A stretch of DNA of 64,000 nucleotides from Dehalococcoidales bacterium. Its GTDB lineage: Bacteria; Chloroflexota; Dehalococcoidia; Dehalococcoidales; UBA1222. The stretch is taken from NCBI GenBank assembly GCA_016286345.1, contig JAEESL010000002.1:7051-71050 (forward strand), given 5' to 3'. Below the pieces are notes generated by a model that saw nothing but the letters and a program-made list of their open reading frames with translations, had not been told where the DNA came from and did no database searches. Both the position numbers and the translations under genes were made by a program. Positions within the stretch are counted from its first letter, which is position 1, and the number at the start of each line of letters is the position of its first letter. Shown here in pieces: positions 44,813-55,220 of this stretch.

Positions 44813-45968
44813 AATAAAACAGATAGATTTCTTCAAAACCTACAGATTCAGGATCATCGCATGGTTTTTTGCTGTGACAGTGCTGCTCACATTATTAATG
44901 CTGGTAGGCATCAACTCCGCCATGGAATTCTCCAGAGAAGATGACCAGCCTCCTTTTGGCACAGACACTGCCTCCTGGCAGGAAAAGCTTGAAGCACAGA
45001 GAGAAGAGTTCTCCCATAATCTGAAGGTGTATTCCACCATAGGCGCAGTCTGGGTCATAATGGCCGGCTCGGTAGGCATCTATGCTTTATCAAAAGATCT
45101 TGTCAAACCGATCAATGAAATAACTTCTCTGGTCAGCCGTATTTCAAGAACCAATCTTTCAGAACGAATCAATTATGTCGGGCCTGATGATGAGATCAAA
45201 TACATGGCGGACACCTTTGACAACATGCTTGAAAGGCTTGAACAGTCCTTCAATCAGCAGCAGGAATTCATTCAAAATGCCTCCCATGAGCTCAGGACAC
45301 CCATTGCCATAGCCCTTACCAATATCGAAGTCGAAGAGATGAATCCAAATCCGACGATCGAGGAATACAAGGAACTGTCGAATACCATCAAGACCAGCCT
45401 CATACGGATGAATGCGATCAACAATAATCTTCTTATCCTGTCCGAAGGAAACCAGCCGAACAGGATCCTCAGCCGCGTCGATATCAACCAGATACTCAAA
45501 GAACTGGTTGCAGAGATGAAGAACGCAGCTGCCCAGGAAGAAGTAACCATTATTTCACATATCCCTGACAGTCCAATGATCGTAAACGGAGACATAATGC
45601 GTTTACGACAGTGTTTTTTCAATCTTATCGAGAATGGTATCAAATACAATAAAAAGGGCGGAGAAATCCATATCAGAGTCTCAGAAGCCAATTCCTGTGC
45701 CGTCATAGACATCGCCGATACAGGTATCGGTATCCCGGAAGAAGCACAGAAGGAAATCTTCAGACGTTTTTATCGTGTCGACAAATCACGTTCACGTGAA
45801 AAAGGCGGAAGCGGCCTGGGTCTCTCCATAGTTGAAAAGATCATCAATGATCACGGCGGCAGAGTTACCGTAAACAGCAGACTCGGAGAAGGCAGTGTTT
45901 TCCACGTGATTCTGCCTATGGATGATAACGCTGTAAAAACTTCAGCCACAGCTGATATCATTTACTGA
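44787..45968 (+). CDS. sensor histidine kinase (2 TM, HAMP, HisKA, HATPase_c)
   Basis: H-box FIQNASHELRTPIA, N-box NLIENGIKYN, and G-boxes DTGIGIP and GGSGLGLSIV. Confidence 0.9.
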   Translation: MKKPKPIDKIKQIDFFKTYRFRIIAWFFAVTVLLTLLMLVGINSAMEFSREDDQPPFGTDTASWQEKLEAQREEFSHNLKVYSTIGAVWVIMAGSVGIYALSKDLVKPINEITSLVSRISRTNLSERINYVGPDDEIKYMADTFDNMLERLEQSFNQQQEFIQNASHELRTPIAIALTNIEVEEMNPNPTIEEYKELSNTIKTSLIRMNAINNNLLILSEGNQPNRILSRVDINQILKELVAEMKNAAAQEEVTIISHIPDSPMIVNGDIMRLRQCFFNLIENGIKYNKKGGEIHIRVSEANSCAVIDIADTGIGIPEEAQKEIFRRFYRVDKSRSREKGGSGLGLSIVEKIINDHGGRVTVNSRLGEGSVFHVILPMDDNAVKTSATADIIY

Positions 45969-46077
45969 TTTTTTTACTTTCTTTGCAATTAGTCTATTTT
46001 CTTTACTTTGTCTTAACCATTGACACTGTAAACTTTCATCACCAAAAGATAAAAAAGCAAAGAAAGGACAATGCGAA

Positions 46078-47157
46078 ATGAACACCACTCTCAAAAAAGT
46101 TCTGCCAGTTTCACTGTTAGTTCCGGCATTAGTATTGTCCGGTTGTGAATATCTGCCCCTGCCAACAGAAACTCAGACCAAGACATACACCAAAACTGAA
46201 GTAATCGAATCACCGAATCAGACAGTAGTTTACAAAGATGATTTTTCCGATATGGTCGAAAAATGCAAGTCATCAGTCGTTGCTATCACTACAGAAGCTT
46301 CATATTTCGGTTTCTTCGGAACATATACACAATCCGGTGCAGGATCAGGTTTTATTCTTGATAAATCCGGAATCATCGTAACAAACAACCATGTCATCGA
46401 AGGAGCAACGACAGTTAATGTGATCCTTGATGACGGAAGGACCTTCCAGGCAAAAAAGGTATACGGCGATGCCATCACTGATATTGCAGTCGTCTTCATC
46501 GACGCTGAAGATCTTACTCCGGTATCGATCGGAAATCCGGATAAACTGAAGGTCGGCAACTGGGTATTCAATATCGGCAATGCCCTGGGCATCGGAATCA
46601 GCGCATCAGAAGGTATCGTCAGTGCAAAAGATGTCACACTGAACTCTGAGGGTACAGCAACCTACGGTCTTATCCAGACCACGGCAGCAATTAACCCAGG
46701 CAACTCCGGAGGACCTATGTTTAATACCAATGGTGAAGTTGTCGGTATCACTTCATCAAAAATGTCAGCCGTTGGTGTGGAAAGCATGGGTTATGCGATC
46801 AGCATGAACGAAGCAATTCCTATCATCGAGCAGCTGATCGACAACGGAAAGGTTATCCGACCTGACCTGGGAGCAGAGTTATATACAGTAACCAGTTCCA
46901 TAGCAAGACGATACCAGCTTGCAGTAAACAGCGGGGCTCTGGTCACTTCGGTCAGCAACGGCGGTGTTGCAGACAAGGCAGGTATCAGAATCGGTGATGT
47001 AATCGTTAAAGTCGATGATACAGAAATCAAGACAGCTTCAGCGATGACTCATTACCTGCAGAACAAAGAAATCGGCAGCACTATCAAGATCACCTACTAC
47101 CACGGAAACACTATGACCGAGGCAACAGTAACTTTAGTAAATACAACATCCAAATAG
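46078..47157 (+). CDS. htrA: HtrA/DegP-family serine protease lipoprotein with one PDZ domain
   Basis: Lipobox LVLSGC, catalytic triad contexts TNNHVI, DIAVV and GNSGGP, and a C-terminal PDZ (GALVTSVSNGGVADKAGIRIGDVIVKVD). Confidence 0.9.
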   Translation: MNTTLKKVLPVSLLVPALVLSGCEYLPLPTETQTKTYTKTEVIESPNQTVVYKDDFSDMVEKCKSSVVAITTEASYFGFFGTYTQSGAGSGFILDKSGIIVTNNHVIEGATTVNVILDDGRTFQAKKVYGDAITDIAVVFIDAEDLTPVSIGNPDKLKVGNWVFNIGNALGIGISASEGIVSAKDVTLNSEGTATYGLIQTTAAINPGNSGGPMFNTNGEVVGITSSKMSAVGVESMGYAISMNEAIPIIEQLIDNGKVIRPDLGAELYTVTSSIARRYQLAVNSGALVTSVSNGGVADKAGIRIGDVIVKVDDTEIKTASAMTHYLQNKEIGSTIKITYYHGNTMTEATVTLVNTTSK

Positions 47158-47168
47158 GAGGTAGATAA

Positions 47169-47390
47169 ATGAAATACGTACGATCAATAAGCAGAGGCGT
47201 CAAGAAAACAGACAAGGATTACAACAAGTCCTACCTCAATACTGACATAGAGCTTAACTCTCACTGGACATTAGGCGGCTGTCCGAAATGCGCAGGAGAT
47301 CTCTTCCTGGAAATCGATGAGGACGGCGACACAATGGGTCACTGCCTCCAGTGCGGATTTGTCGGCCTTGCAAAGGCGATCAGCATCTAA
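47169..47390 (+). CDS. small zinc-ribbon protein
   Basis: 73 aa, with CPKCAGD...-x17-...CLQCGF. It lies 11 nt after htrA and is preceded by AGGAGG. Confidence 0.55.
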   Translation: MKYVRSISRGVKKTDKDYNKSYLNTDIELNSHWTLGGCPKCAGDLFLEIDEDGDTMGHCLQCGFVGLAKAISI

Positions 47391-47412
47391 CTATTGCCCC
47401 TTCTTTATTAGT

Positions 47413-47451
47413 AGAGGAACCTTCCTGACCAGAAGGTTCCTCTCTTTTTTT
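47413..47451 (+). terminator. strong intrinsic terminator after the RR-HK-htrA-zinc-ribbon unit
   Basis: Perfect 12-bp stem AGAGGAACCTTC/GAAGGTTCCTCT with a 7-nt loop, followed by CTTTTTTT. Confidence 0.85.
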
Positions 47452-47465
47452 ATGCATCTGCAAGC

Positions 47466-47972
47466 TTAAAGCTTCTGAAAATACGGAAGCAGTTTATCGT
47501 AGACACTCATCAGTGCCTCATTCATTACCCTGGCATCCCCGATAACAGTCATGAAATTGGAGTCTCCGATCCATCGTGGAACGATGTGATTGTGCATATG
47601 CTGATCGATTCCGGCTCCCGCAGGTCTTCCGAAATTGATACCTGTATTGAATCCTGCCGGATGGTATGCATCATCAAGGATCTTAAGGCTCTTTGAGAGC
47701 AGATCGATATGTTCATTCCTTTCATCGTCACTAAGCAGCCATAATCGGTTTACATGCCGTATGGGGGCGACCATAAGATGTCCGCCGGTATATGGATAGA
47801 GATTCATCAGGACATAGTTGTACTTTCCATGATAGAGAACAAGGTTTTCGCGGTCATTCTCCGGTGTTGATTCCGCTTTCTCGCATAATATACAGATATT
47901 TTTACCGGCTTTCTCATCTGCAACCGCTTTATCGATATACATAGAGCGCCATGGTGCTTCAATATGATCCAT
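47466..47972 (-). CDS. HIT-family nucleotide hydrolase/transferase (Ap4A phosphorylase-like branch)
   Basis: 168 aa with histidine triad QHMHNHIVPRW. The N-terminal part resembles the GalT/Ap4A-phosphorylase-like HIT branch. Confidence 0.75.
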   Translation of the reverse strand: MDHIEAPWRSMYIDKAVADEKAGKNICILCEKAESTPENDRENLVLYHGKYNYVLMNLYPYTGGHLMVAPIRHVNRLWLLSDDERNEHIDLLSKSLKILDDAYHPAGFNTGINFGRPAGAGIDQHMHNHIVPRWIGDSNFMTVIGDARVMNEALMSVYDKLLPYFQKL

Positions 47973-48065
47973 TTGTTTTCTCCCTTCATGACAATTATAT
48001 ATTATTCTCTGCCTGATACCCCACAGCTATACTCTACAATCAAAAAAATCTGTTAATATTAAGGC

Positions 48066-49877
48066 ATGAACTATCCTGACAAAATACTCTCCAAAGTAAT
48101 GAAACCTGCCAGGTATACCGGCGGAGAATGGAACAGTGTTCGTAAGGACTGGGACACCACAAAAGTCCATATGGTGCTCAGCTACCCTGATGTTTATGAG
48201 ATCGGTACATCCAACATGGCTGTCGGCCTTCTGTATGAAACGCTGAACAACCAAAAGGAGATCGGTTGTGAGAGAGTATTCATGCCATGGCTGGATCTTA
48301 TCCAGCAGCTGAAAGAGCATAATCTTCCGCTTGTCAGCCTTGAGAACGGCCGTCCGCTGAAGGACTTTGATGTTGTCGGGATCTCGATCGGTTATGAACT
48401 GACCTTCACAAACATACTTACCATACTTGACCTTGGAGGAATTCCTGTTAAAGCATCTGAAAGAACAGACAGCGATCCTCTTGTGATCGGAGGAGGTTCA
48501 TCCTGCTACAATCCTGAACCTGTTGTCGACTTCTTTGACATGTTTGTTATCGGTGAAAGCGAAGATCTTCTCCCGTCTCTGTATGAAAGTCTCATGAAGC
48601 ATAAAAACAAAGGTAAGCTTGATAAAAAAGCATTCCTCAAAGAAGTGTCTGTTCTTCCGGGCGTTTATATTCCCTCCATGTATCAAGCAAAATACCATGA
48701 TGGTGAATTTGACGGCTTCGATATCATTGGCAATGCTCAGCCGAAGGTCAGACGCCAGATAGCAAAGGATCTTCCGTTTGCAGCGGTAAGACCGATCATG
48801 CCTTACATTGAAGCAGTCCATGACAGAGCCGGCGTTGAGATTTCCAGGGGCTGTACAAGAGGCTGCAGATTCTGCAATGCGGGAATCATTTACAGACCGG
48901 TAAGAGAACGCCCTATTGACGAAGTCATGGAAGCTGTCAGGGCCTGCATAAGAAACACCGGATACGATGAAGTTTCTCTCGTTTCGCTGTCCAGCGGAGA
49001 TTACTCCAGGATAGATGAACTGCTGGAAAGGATACACAGTGAATTCGGAGACAGTCTTACAGTCTCTCTTCCCAGCCTCAGACTGGACGAGCATTCACTT
49101 GAACTGCTTGAATCACTGTCCACCTCCCGCAAGAGCGGTCTGACATTTGCACCCGAAGCAGGCACAGAGCATATGCAGAGAATCATCAACAAATTCATTA
49201 CCCGGGATGAACTGCTGTCCACATCTGAACTGGCATTTTCCAAGGGTTGGACAGGGCTTAAACTCTACTTCATGATCGGACTGCCAGGAGAAGAAATGGA
49301 AGATGTCCAGGGTATCGTTGACCTGGTCAAAGCAGTACAGAAGACCGGAAACAGAAGAAGGATACAGATCAGGATAGGTCTCGCCAACTTTGTACCAAAG
49401 CCCCATACCGCTTTCCAGTGGGCTGGACAACATACCAGCGAGGTATTGACAGAGAAGCATTTTCTGCTCAAATCCCAGTTCAGCAAAATGAACGTCAAAC
49501 TCAACTGGACTGACACAAACATTTCCGTCATGGAAGCAGCACTGTCCAGAGGCGACCGAAGATTATGTAATGTAATTTATCTGGCCTGGAAAAACGGAGC
49601 AGTTCTTGATACATGGGACGAATGCTTCAATTTCCAGATCTGGAAAAATGCCTTTGAGGAATGCGGTCTGGATCTGTACAAATATGCCCAGCAGGAACGA
49701 ACGACCGACATGGCTCTCCCATGGGAACATCTTGATATGGGCATAAGCAAGGATTATCTTATCAAGGAACTTAACCGGTCACTGGCAGGAGAACTGACCA
49801 AAGACTGCCGTCATGGCTGCAATGGCTGTGGCCTGACATCAAATGAATGCCCGGTATTATCCGGAAAGGGATTCTGA
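48066..49877 (+). CDS. B12-binding-domain-like radical SAM protein (TIGR03960-like family)
   Basis: 603 aa with rSAM motif SRGCTRGCRFCNAG (C-x3-C-x2-C). The N-terminal Rossmann-like part and the long C-terminal extension are as in the family that often pairs with DUF2344. Family assignment is from memory. Confidence 0.75.
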   Translation: MNYPDKILSKVMKPARYTGGEWNSVRKDWDTTKVHMVLSYPDVYEIGTSNMAVGLLYETLNNQKEIGCERVFMPWLDLIQQLKEHNLPLVSLENGRPLKDFDVVGISIGYELTFTNILTILDLGGIPVKASERTDSDPLVIGGGSSCYNPEPVVDFFDMFVIGESEDLLPSLYESLMKHKNKGKLDKKAFLKEVSVLPGVYIPSMYQAKYHDGEFDGFDIIGNAQPKVRRQIAKDLPFAAVRPIMPYIEAVHDRAGVEISRGCTRGCRFCNAGIIYRPVRERPIDEVMEAVRACIRNTGYDEVSLVSLSSGDYSRIDELLERIHSEFGDSLTVSLPSLRLDEHSLELLESLSTSRKSGLTFAPEAGTEHMQRIINKFITRDELLSTSELAFSKGWTGLKLYFMIGLPGEEMEDVQGIVDLVKAVQKTGNRRRIQIRIGLANFVPKPHTAFQWAGQHTSEVLTEKHFLLKSQFSKMNVKLNWTDTNISVMEAALSRGDRRLCNVIYLAWKNGAVLDTWDECFNFQIWKNAFEECGLDLYKYAQQERTTDMALPWEHLDMGISKDYLIKELNRSLAGELTKDCRHGCNGCGLTSNECPVLSGKGF

Positions 49878-50191
49878 TGGGAGAAACTATTATTCCTTTG
49901 CTGATAGCAGTAGCAGTATTCGCAATTCAGATAGTATTGTGTTTATTCGTCAAAAAAATATGGATAAAACTGACACCGGTTTTTCTGATAGTAATATTTG
50001 CAGTTGTATCATTTCTTTATAAGAACGGAATAATCGGAGAACCAGATGCAATCATAGAAATCTGGAACCTTGTTATTGGAGAAGCGCTTTTTACATTTGC
50101 CTTAATACTGATCATTGCAGACGCACTCGGATGGCTGATATATCGAGCTATTGTATTAATAAGAAGACTAAAGGGTTTCGAGAATGAATGA
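49877..50191 (+). CDS. small 3-TM membrane protein, tandem paralog 1
   Basis: Start ATG 49877 overlaps the rSAM stop (TGATG). MGETIIPLLIAVAVFAIQIVLCLFVKKIWIKL... is paralogous to the next ORF. Confidence 0.55.
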   Translation: MGETIIPLLIAVAVFAIQIVLCLFVKKIWIKLTPVFLIVIFAVVSFLYKNGIIGEPDAIIEIWNLVIGEALFTFALILIIADALGWLIYRAIVLIRRLKGFENE

Positions 50192-50525
50192 CATATCAAT
50201 ATTGAATGAAGACAACATAGTTCCGATACTGATACTTGTCGCAATAGCTGTAATACAGATAATCATCTGTGTTGTGGCAAAAAAGCTGTGGATAAGACTT
50301 ATCCCAGCTTACCTGATAATCATTGCCATTGCTTTTTCTCTTTTATTCACCTATGGAGTCATAGGTGAACCATCGGATAACGGCTGGGGGCAGTTATTCC
50401 AGGCATTCTTCGGTATCGTTTTTTTGGTGATCTCCTTGCTGGGGGCAGCGGCAGATCTTGTCGGCTGGGGTTTGTACGGGATTGGACATTTGATTCATAA
50501 AAAGAAACACAAAGAACTAGAATAA
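50184..50525 (+). CDS. small 3-TM membrane protein, tandem paralog 2
   Basis: IVPILILVAIAVIQIIICVVAKKLWIRLIPAYL...GVIGEP aligns with paralog 1 (IIPLLIAVAVFAIQIVLCLFVKKIWIKLTPVFL...GIIGEP). It overlaps paralog 1 by 8 nt. Confidence 0.55.
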   Translation: MNDISILNEDNIVPILILVAIAVIQIIICVVAKKLWIRLIPAYLIIIAIAFSLLFTYGVIGEPSDNGWGQLFQAFFGIVFLVISLLGAAADLVGWGLYGIGHLIHKKKHKELE

Positions 50526-50540
50526 CTTTACATAAGAGTA

Positions 50541-50774
50541 TTGCATATGAAAAACAAAAAGCTTTATCGTTCGCTAACTGAAAGAAAGATCTGCGGTGTA
50601 TGCGGAGGGATCGCCAAATATCTGGAAATCGATCCGACTGCTGTGAGGATCGTATATATCCTTATTACGCTGTTTACGGCATTGTGGATGGGAATAATCG
50701 CCTATTTTGTAATGGCCATAATCATGCCGGATGAACCGGTCGATGATGAAACGAATCCGCCCGATAATGAATAG
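50541..50774 (+). CDS. PspC-domain membrane protein
   Basis: LYRSLTERKICGVCGGIAKYLEIDPTAVRIVYIL is the PspC domain signature, followed by one TM. Confidence 0.8.
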   Translation: MHMKNKKLYRSLTERKICGVCGGIAKYLEIDPTAVRIVYILITLFTALWMGIIAYFVMAIIMPDEPVDDETNPPDNE

Positions 50775-50935
50775 CAGTTTGTAACTTTATGTAAACCTGG
50801 ATGGTCCGAATAATCCTTCCGGAGAACCAGGACTAAAATACACCGGTTGACACTCTTGCAACAGTATTGTCCATGGTTTGGCAATGCCATTCAGCTTTGA
50901 AATAACTCAGTTTTCAATTAAGTATTGACACAAAA

Positions 50936-50963
50936 TTGAATAAGCAGGAATAACTGATATAAT
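50936..50963 (+). promoter_or_regulatory. candidate sigma-70-type promoter for the downstream lipoprotein gene
   Basis: TTGAAT (50936..50941), a 16-nt spacer, then TATAAT (50958..50963), 10 nt upstream of ATG 50973. This implies a very short leader, so the call is uncertain. Confidence 0.4.
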
Positions 50964-50972
50964 CATTTCTAA

Positions 50973-51599
50973 ATGATTCCATCATCAATAAGAAAATTAA
51001 TTTCTCTTTTATTCGTTCCGCTGCTGGTACTTTCAGGATGTTCCAGACCGGTCCCGACCGATACTGCACCTGTCCTGTCTGATGATTTTTATATTTCATA
51101 TGAAGTTAAAGAAGACAGTACTTCTCTGAAAAAAGATTATGTAATGTCAGAGATCAGTCTGAATGGTACTGTCTGGCTCGAACTCGGTGACAGCGATGAG
51201 CAATACGTTTTTGAAAAGAAAGACAATGGTCAGTACGCAATGTATAAAAAGGACAAGGGTTCCAAGTCATTTGTCATGTCTGACGAATCAGTCGGTATAG
51301 ACACGCTTAATTATTTCGAATCAAGAATTGCAGAATGCTACAACATGCAGAAGAACGCAGGACAGCTGGATGACAAGGGCAAGACAGATGTCGACGGCAG
51401 ACAATGCCTTCATTACTACAGCGAGGAACATTCAGGAGACTATGCTGTTTACTGGAATCTGTTCCTGGACCCCGAAAACAATATATGTATAGCAGGATCA
51501 TATAAGAAAAAACCTCTTTTTGGCATCAGCGGAGAAACCAAAATGATCCAGCTTATTACCTACAGTACCGACAATTTGTCCATACCTGTCTATAGGTAG
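50973..51599 (+). CDS. lipoprotein, function unknown
   Basis: Signal peptide with lipobox LLVLSGC. 208 aa, no recognisable family. Confidence 0.6.
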   Translation: MIPSSIRKLISLLFVPLLVLSGCSRPVPTDTAPVLSDDFYISYEVKEDSTSLKKDYVMSEISLNGTVWLELGDSDEQYVFEKKDNGQYAMYKKDKGSKSFVMSDESVGIDTLNYFESRIAECYNMQKNAGQLDDKGKTDVDGRQCLHYYSEEHSGDYAVYWNLFLDPENNICIAGSYKKKPLFGISGETKMIQLITYSTDNLSIPVYR

Positions 51600-51684
51600 T
51601 CATATCCAAATAGATTCGGTTGATTATTATTGATAAAAGGTAATGTGGCAACCTGGTCACTTATAACATCAAGAATTAATAAAA

Positions 51685-51721
51685 TAAAAAATGCCAGTGC
51701 AGGGCTTTGCACTGGCATTTA
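51685..51721 (-). terminator. intrinsic terminator of groES-groL (possibly bidirectional)
   Basis: 11-bp perfect stem ATGCCAGTGCA/TGCACTGGCAT (51691..51701 and 51708..51718) with a 6-nt loop. It is followed by a T-run on the minus strand and flanked by only TTT on the plus strand. Confidence 0.8.
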
Positions 51722-51741
51722 AACGATTACTTATTCTGGGT

Positions 51742-53364
<1,623 letters not shown>

Positions 53365-53380
53365 TCAATTTCTCCTTTAC

Positions 53381-53668
53381 CTAGTCTTTGATTGCCAAAA
53401 TATCACTCTCACGAAGGATCATGAGGGTCTCGCCGTCTTCTTTGATTTCAGTACCGCCGTATTTTGCATAAATAACGGTGTCGCCGACTTTAACTTCCAT
53501 GGGGACGATCTCTCCATTTTCGTTTCGTTTTCCGACACCTACTGCGATTACTTTGCCTTCCTGGGGTTTGTCTTTTACTGTATCAGGCAAGTAAATACCG
53601 CCTTTAGTCATTTCTTCTCGTTCAACTGGTTTGACCAAAACTCGGTCACTTAAGGGTTTAACAGCCAT
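53381..53668 (-). CDS. groES: co-chaperonin GroES
   Basis: 95 aa. [29 protein letters not shown]... is canonical. Confidence 0.95.
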   Translation of the reverse strand: MAVKPLSDRVLVKPVEREEMTKGGIYLPDTVKDKPQEGKVIAVGVGKRNENGEIVPMEVKVGDTVIYAKYGGTEIKEDGETLMILRESDILAIKD

Positions 53669-53713
53669 TTTAATTAATTCCTCCTATTTCAAAACAGCTT
53701 GATTTCCAAAAAT

Positions 53714-53740
53714 TTAGCAATCCCTGATGCAGATTGCTAG
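53714..53740 (-). promoter_or_regulatory. CIRCE-like inverted repeat (HrcA operator variant) upstream of groES
   Basis: TTAGCAATC-N9-GATTGCTAG, compared with the CIRCE consensus TTAGCACTC-N9-GAGTGCTAA. It lies 46 nt upstream of the groES start. Confidence 0.6.
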
Positions 53741-53847
53741 AAATATAATAACGCATTATTTCTTTTCTATCAAGTTTTTTTCAAATTATTTTTACGGTCG
53801 TTGAGTCATATGTATTTTTGGTTCTGTTTTCAGCTAAAATTAAAATT

Positions 53848-54255
53848 ATGAGGTTGATAGTTATTCTTGATGATAACAACGGAATGAAATTCGGCAGAAG
53901 ACGGCAGAGCAGGGATTCGCTTCTTATCGAACATATGTCCAAGCTGGTCGGCGAAAAGCCGATCTGGATGAATTCCTTTTCCGGCCGGCTCTTTGCAAAA
54001 AGCATGCAGAGAACAGTGATATCCGACTTCTTTCTTGATGCCTGCGGAGACAACGACTACTGTCTGTGCGAGACAAAGCAGATCGGCAGCTCAGCCGAAA
54101 AAATCAGGGAATTGATAGTTTACAAATGGAACAGGGTTTATCCTTCAGATTTGAAGTTTGATCTGCCACTGGAAAACTTCTTTCTTAAAAACTCCGAAGA
54201 ATTCGCCGGATCATCTCATGACAAAATAACTGTTGAGTATTACGAAAGAATTTAA
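53848..54255 (+). CDS. hypothetical protein with weak dihydrofolate-reductase-like pattern
   Basis: Start moved to ATG 53848 (MRLIVILDDNNGMKFGRRRQSRD...). The C-terminus (ELIVYKWNRVYPSDLKFDLP...HDKITVEYYER) loosely parallels DHFR-family topology. Low confidence. Confidence 0.35.
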   Translation: MRLIVILDDNNGMKFGRRRQSRDSLLIEHMSKLVGEKPIWMNSFSGRLFAKSMQRTVISDFFLDACGDNDYCLCETKQIGSSAEKIRELIVYKWNRVYPSDLKFDLPLENFFLKNSEEFAGSSHDKITVEYYERI

Positions 54256-54257
54256 AC

Positions 54258-55220
54258 ATGAAAAAAATATTTGCTGTAATTGCTGTAATCACTTTGATGT
54301 TCTGTACCACAGGCTGCGCTGTTGTGGAATCATTCATTGACGGTTTTATTGACGGAATAGGCGAAACGACCGTAACGACTCAGCCTACAACCACAAAAAC
54401 GACCAATACCTCCCCTAAAACCCAGACATCAAATACATCTTCCATCTCCCAGCAAGACACTTTCTCTCTCGATCTTATTCCACCTTTCCAGTACTCAACT
54501 CCTTACGTAATAATCAACGACAACGAGCCGTCCTTCAGCCAGAAGGTGACAGGTTCATTTGAGAAATATTATGACCTCGACAAACTCGGACGATGCACCA
54601 TGGCATATGCCTGCCTTGGCCGCGACCTGATGCCGACGACAGCCAGAGGCTCCATCAGTTCTATCAGACCGACCGGCTGGCACAGCAGCCGTTATACCTT
54701 TGTTGAAGAGAATTCGCTGTATAACAGATGCCATCTGATCGGATGGCAGCTGAGCGGAGAAAATGCCAATCCGAATAATCTGATCACCGGAACAAGATTC
54801 CTCAACAATGTTGGTATGCTTCCGTTTGAAAACCTGATCGCAGACTACATCAAGGAAACCAACAATCATGTCCTGTACAGAGTGACTCCCATCTACGATG
54901 GCGACAACCTTGTTGCAAGCGGAGTACATATGGAAGGATATTCAGTGGAGGACAAGGGTGACGGTGTCTGCTTCAATGTTTACTGCTACAATGCCCAGCC
55001 GGGCGTGATCATCGACTACAAGACCGGAGATAATCACGAAGATCCAAACATCAAGGGCGTAGTTACAACATATATCCTTAATACCAACTCCCATAAATAC
55101 CATGATACCGATTGTCCCGGAATCAATGACATTAAGGATTCGAACAAAGCCACATACGTCGGAACCCGTGAGATCCTGGTCGCCCAGGGATATAGTCCCT
55201 GCAGTACCTGCAAACCTTAG
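54258..55220 (+). CDS. secreted DNA/RNA non-specific endonuclease lipoprotein (EndA/NucA-like) with C-terminal Cys/His metal-binding tail
   Basis: Lipobox MFCTTGC, a Thr/Pro/Gln-rich linker and a catalytic region (YNRCHLIGWQLSGENANPNNLITGTRFLN). The tail is HKYHDTDCPG...GYSPCSTCKP. Confidence 0.8.
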   Translation: MKKIFAVIAVITLMFCTTGCAVVESFIDGFIDGIGETTVTTQPTTTKTTNTSPKTQTSNTSSISQQDTFSLDLIPPFQYSTPYVIINDNEPSFSQKVTGSFEKYYDLDKLGRCTMAYACLGRDLMPTTARGSISSIRPTGWHSSRYTFVEENSLYNRCHLIGWQLSGENANPNNLITGTRFLNNVGMLPFENLIADYIKETNNHVLYRVTPIYDGDNLVASGVHMEGYSVEDKGDGVCFNVYCYNAQPGVIIDYKTGDNHEDPNIKGVVTTYILNTNSHKYHDTDCPGINDIKDSNKATYVGTREILVAQGYSPCSTCKP

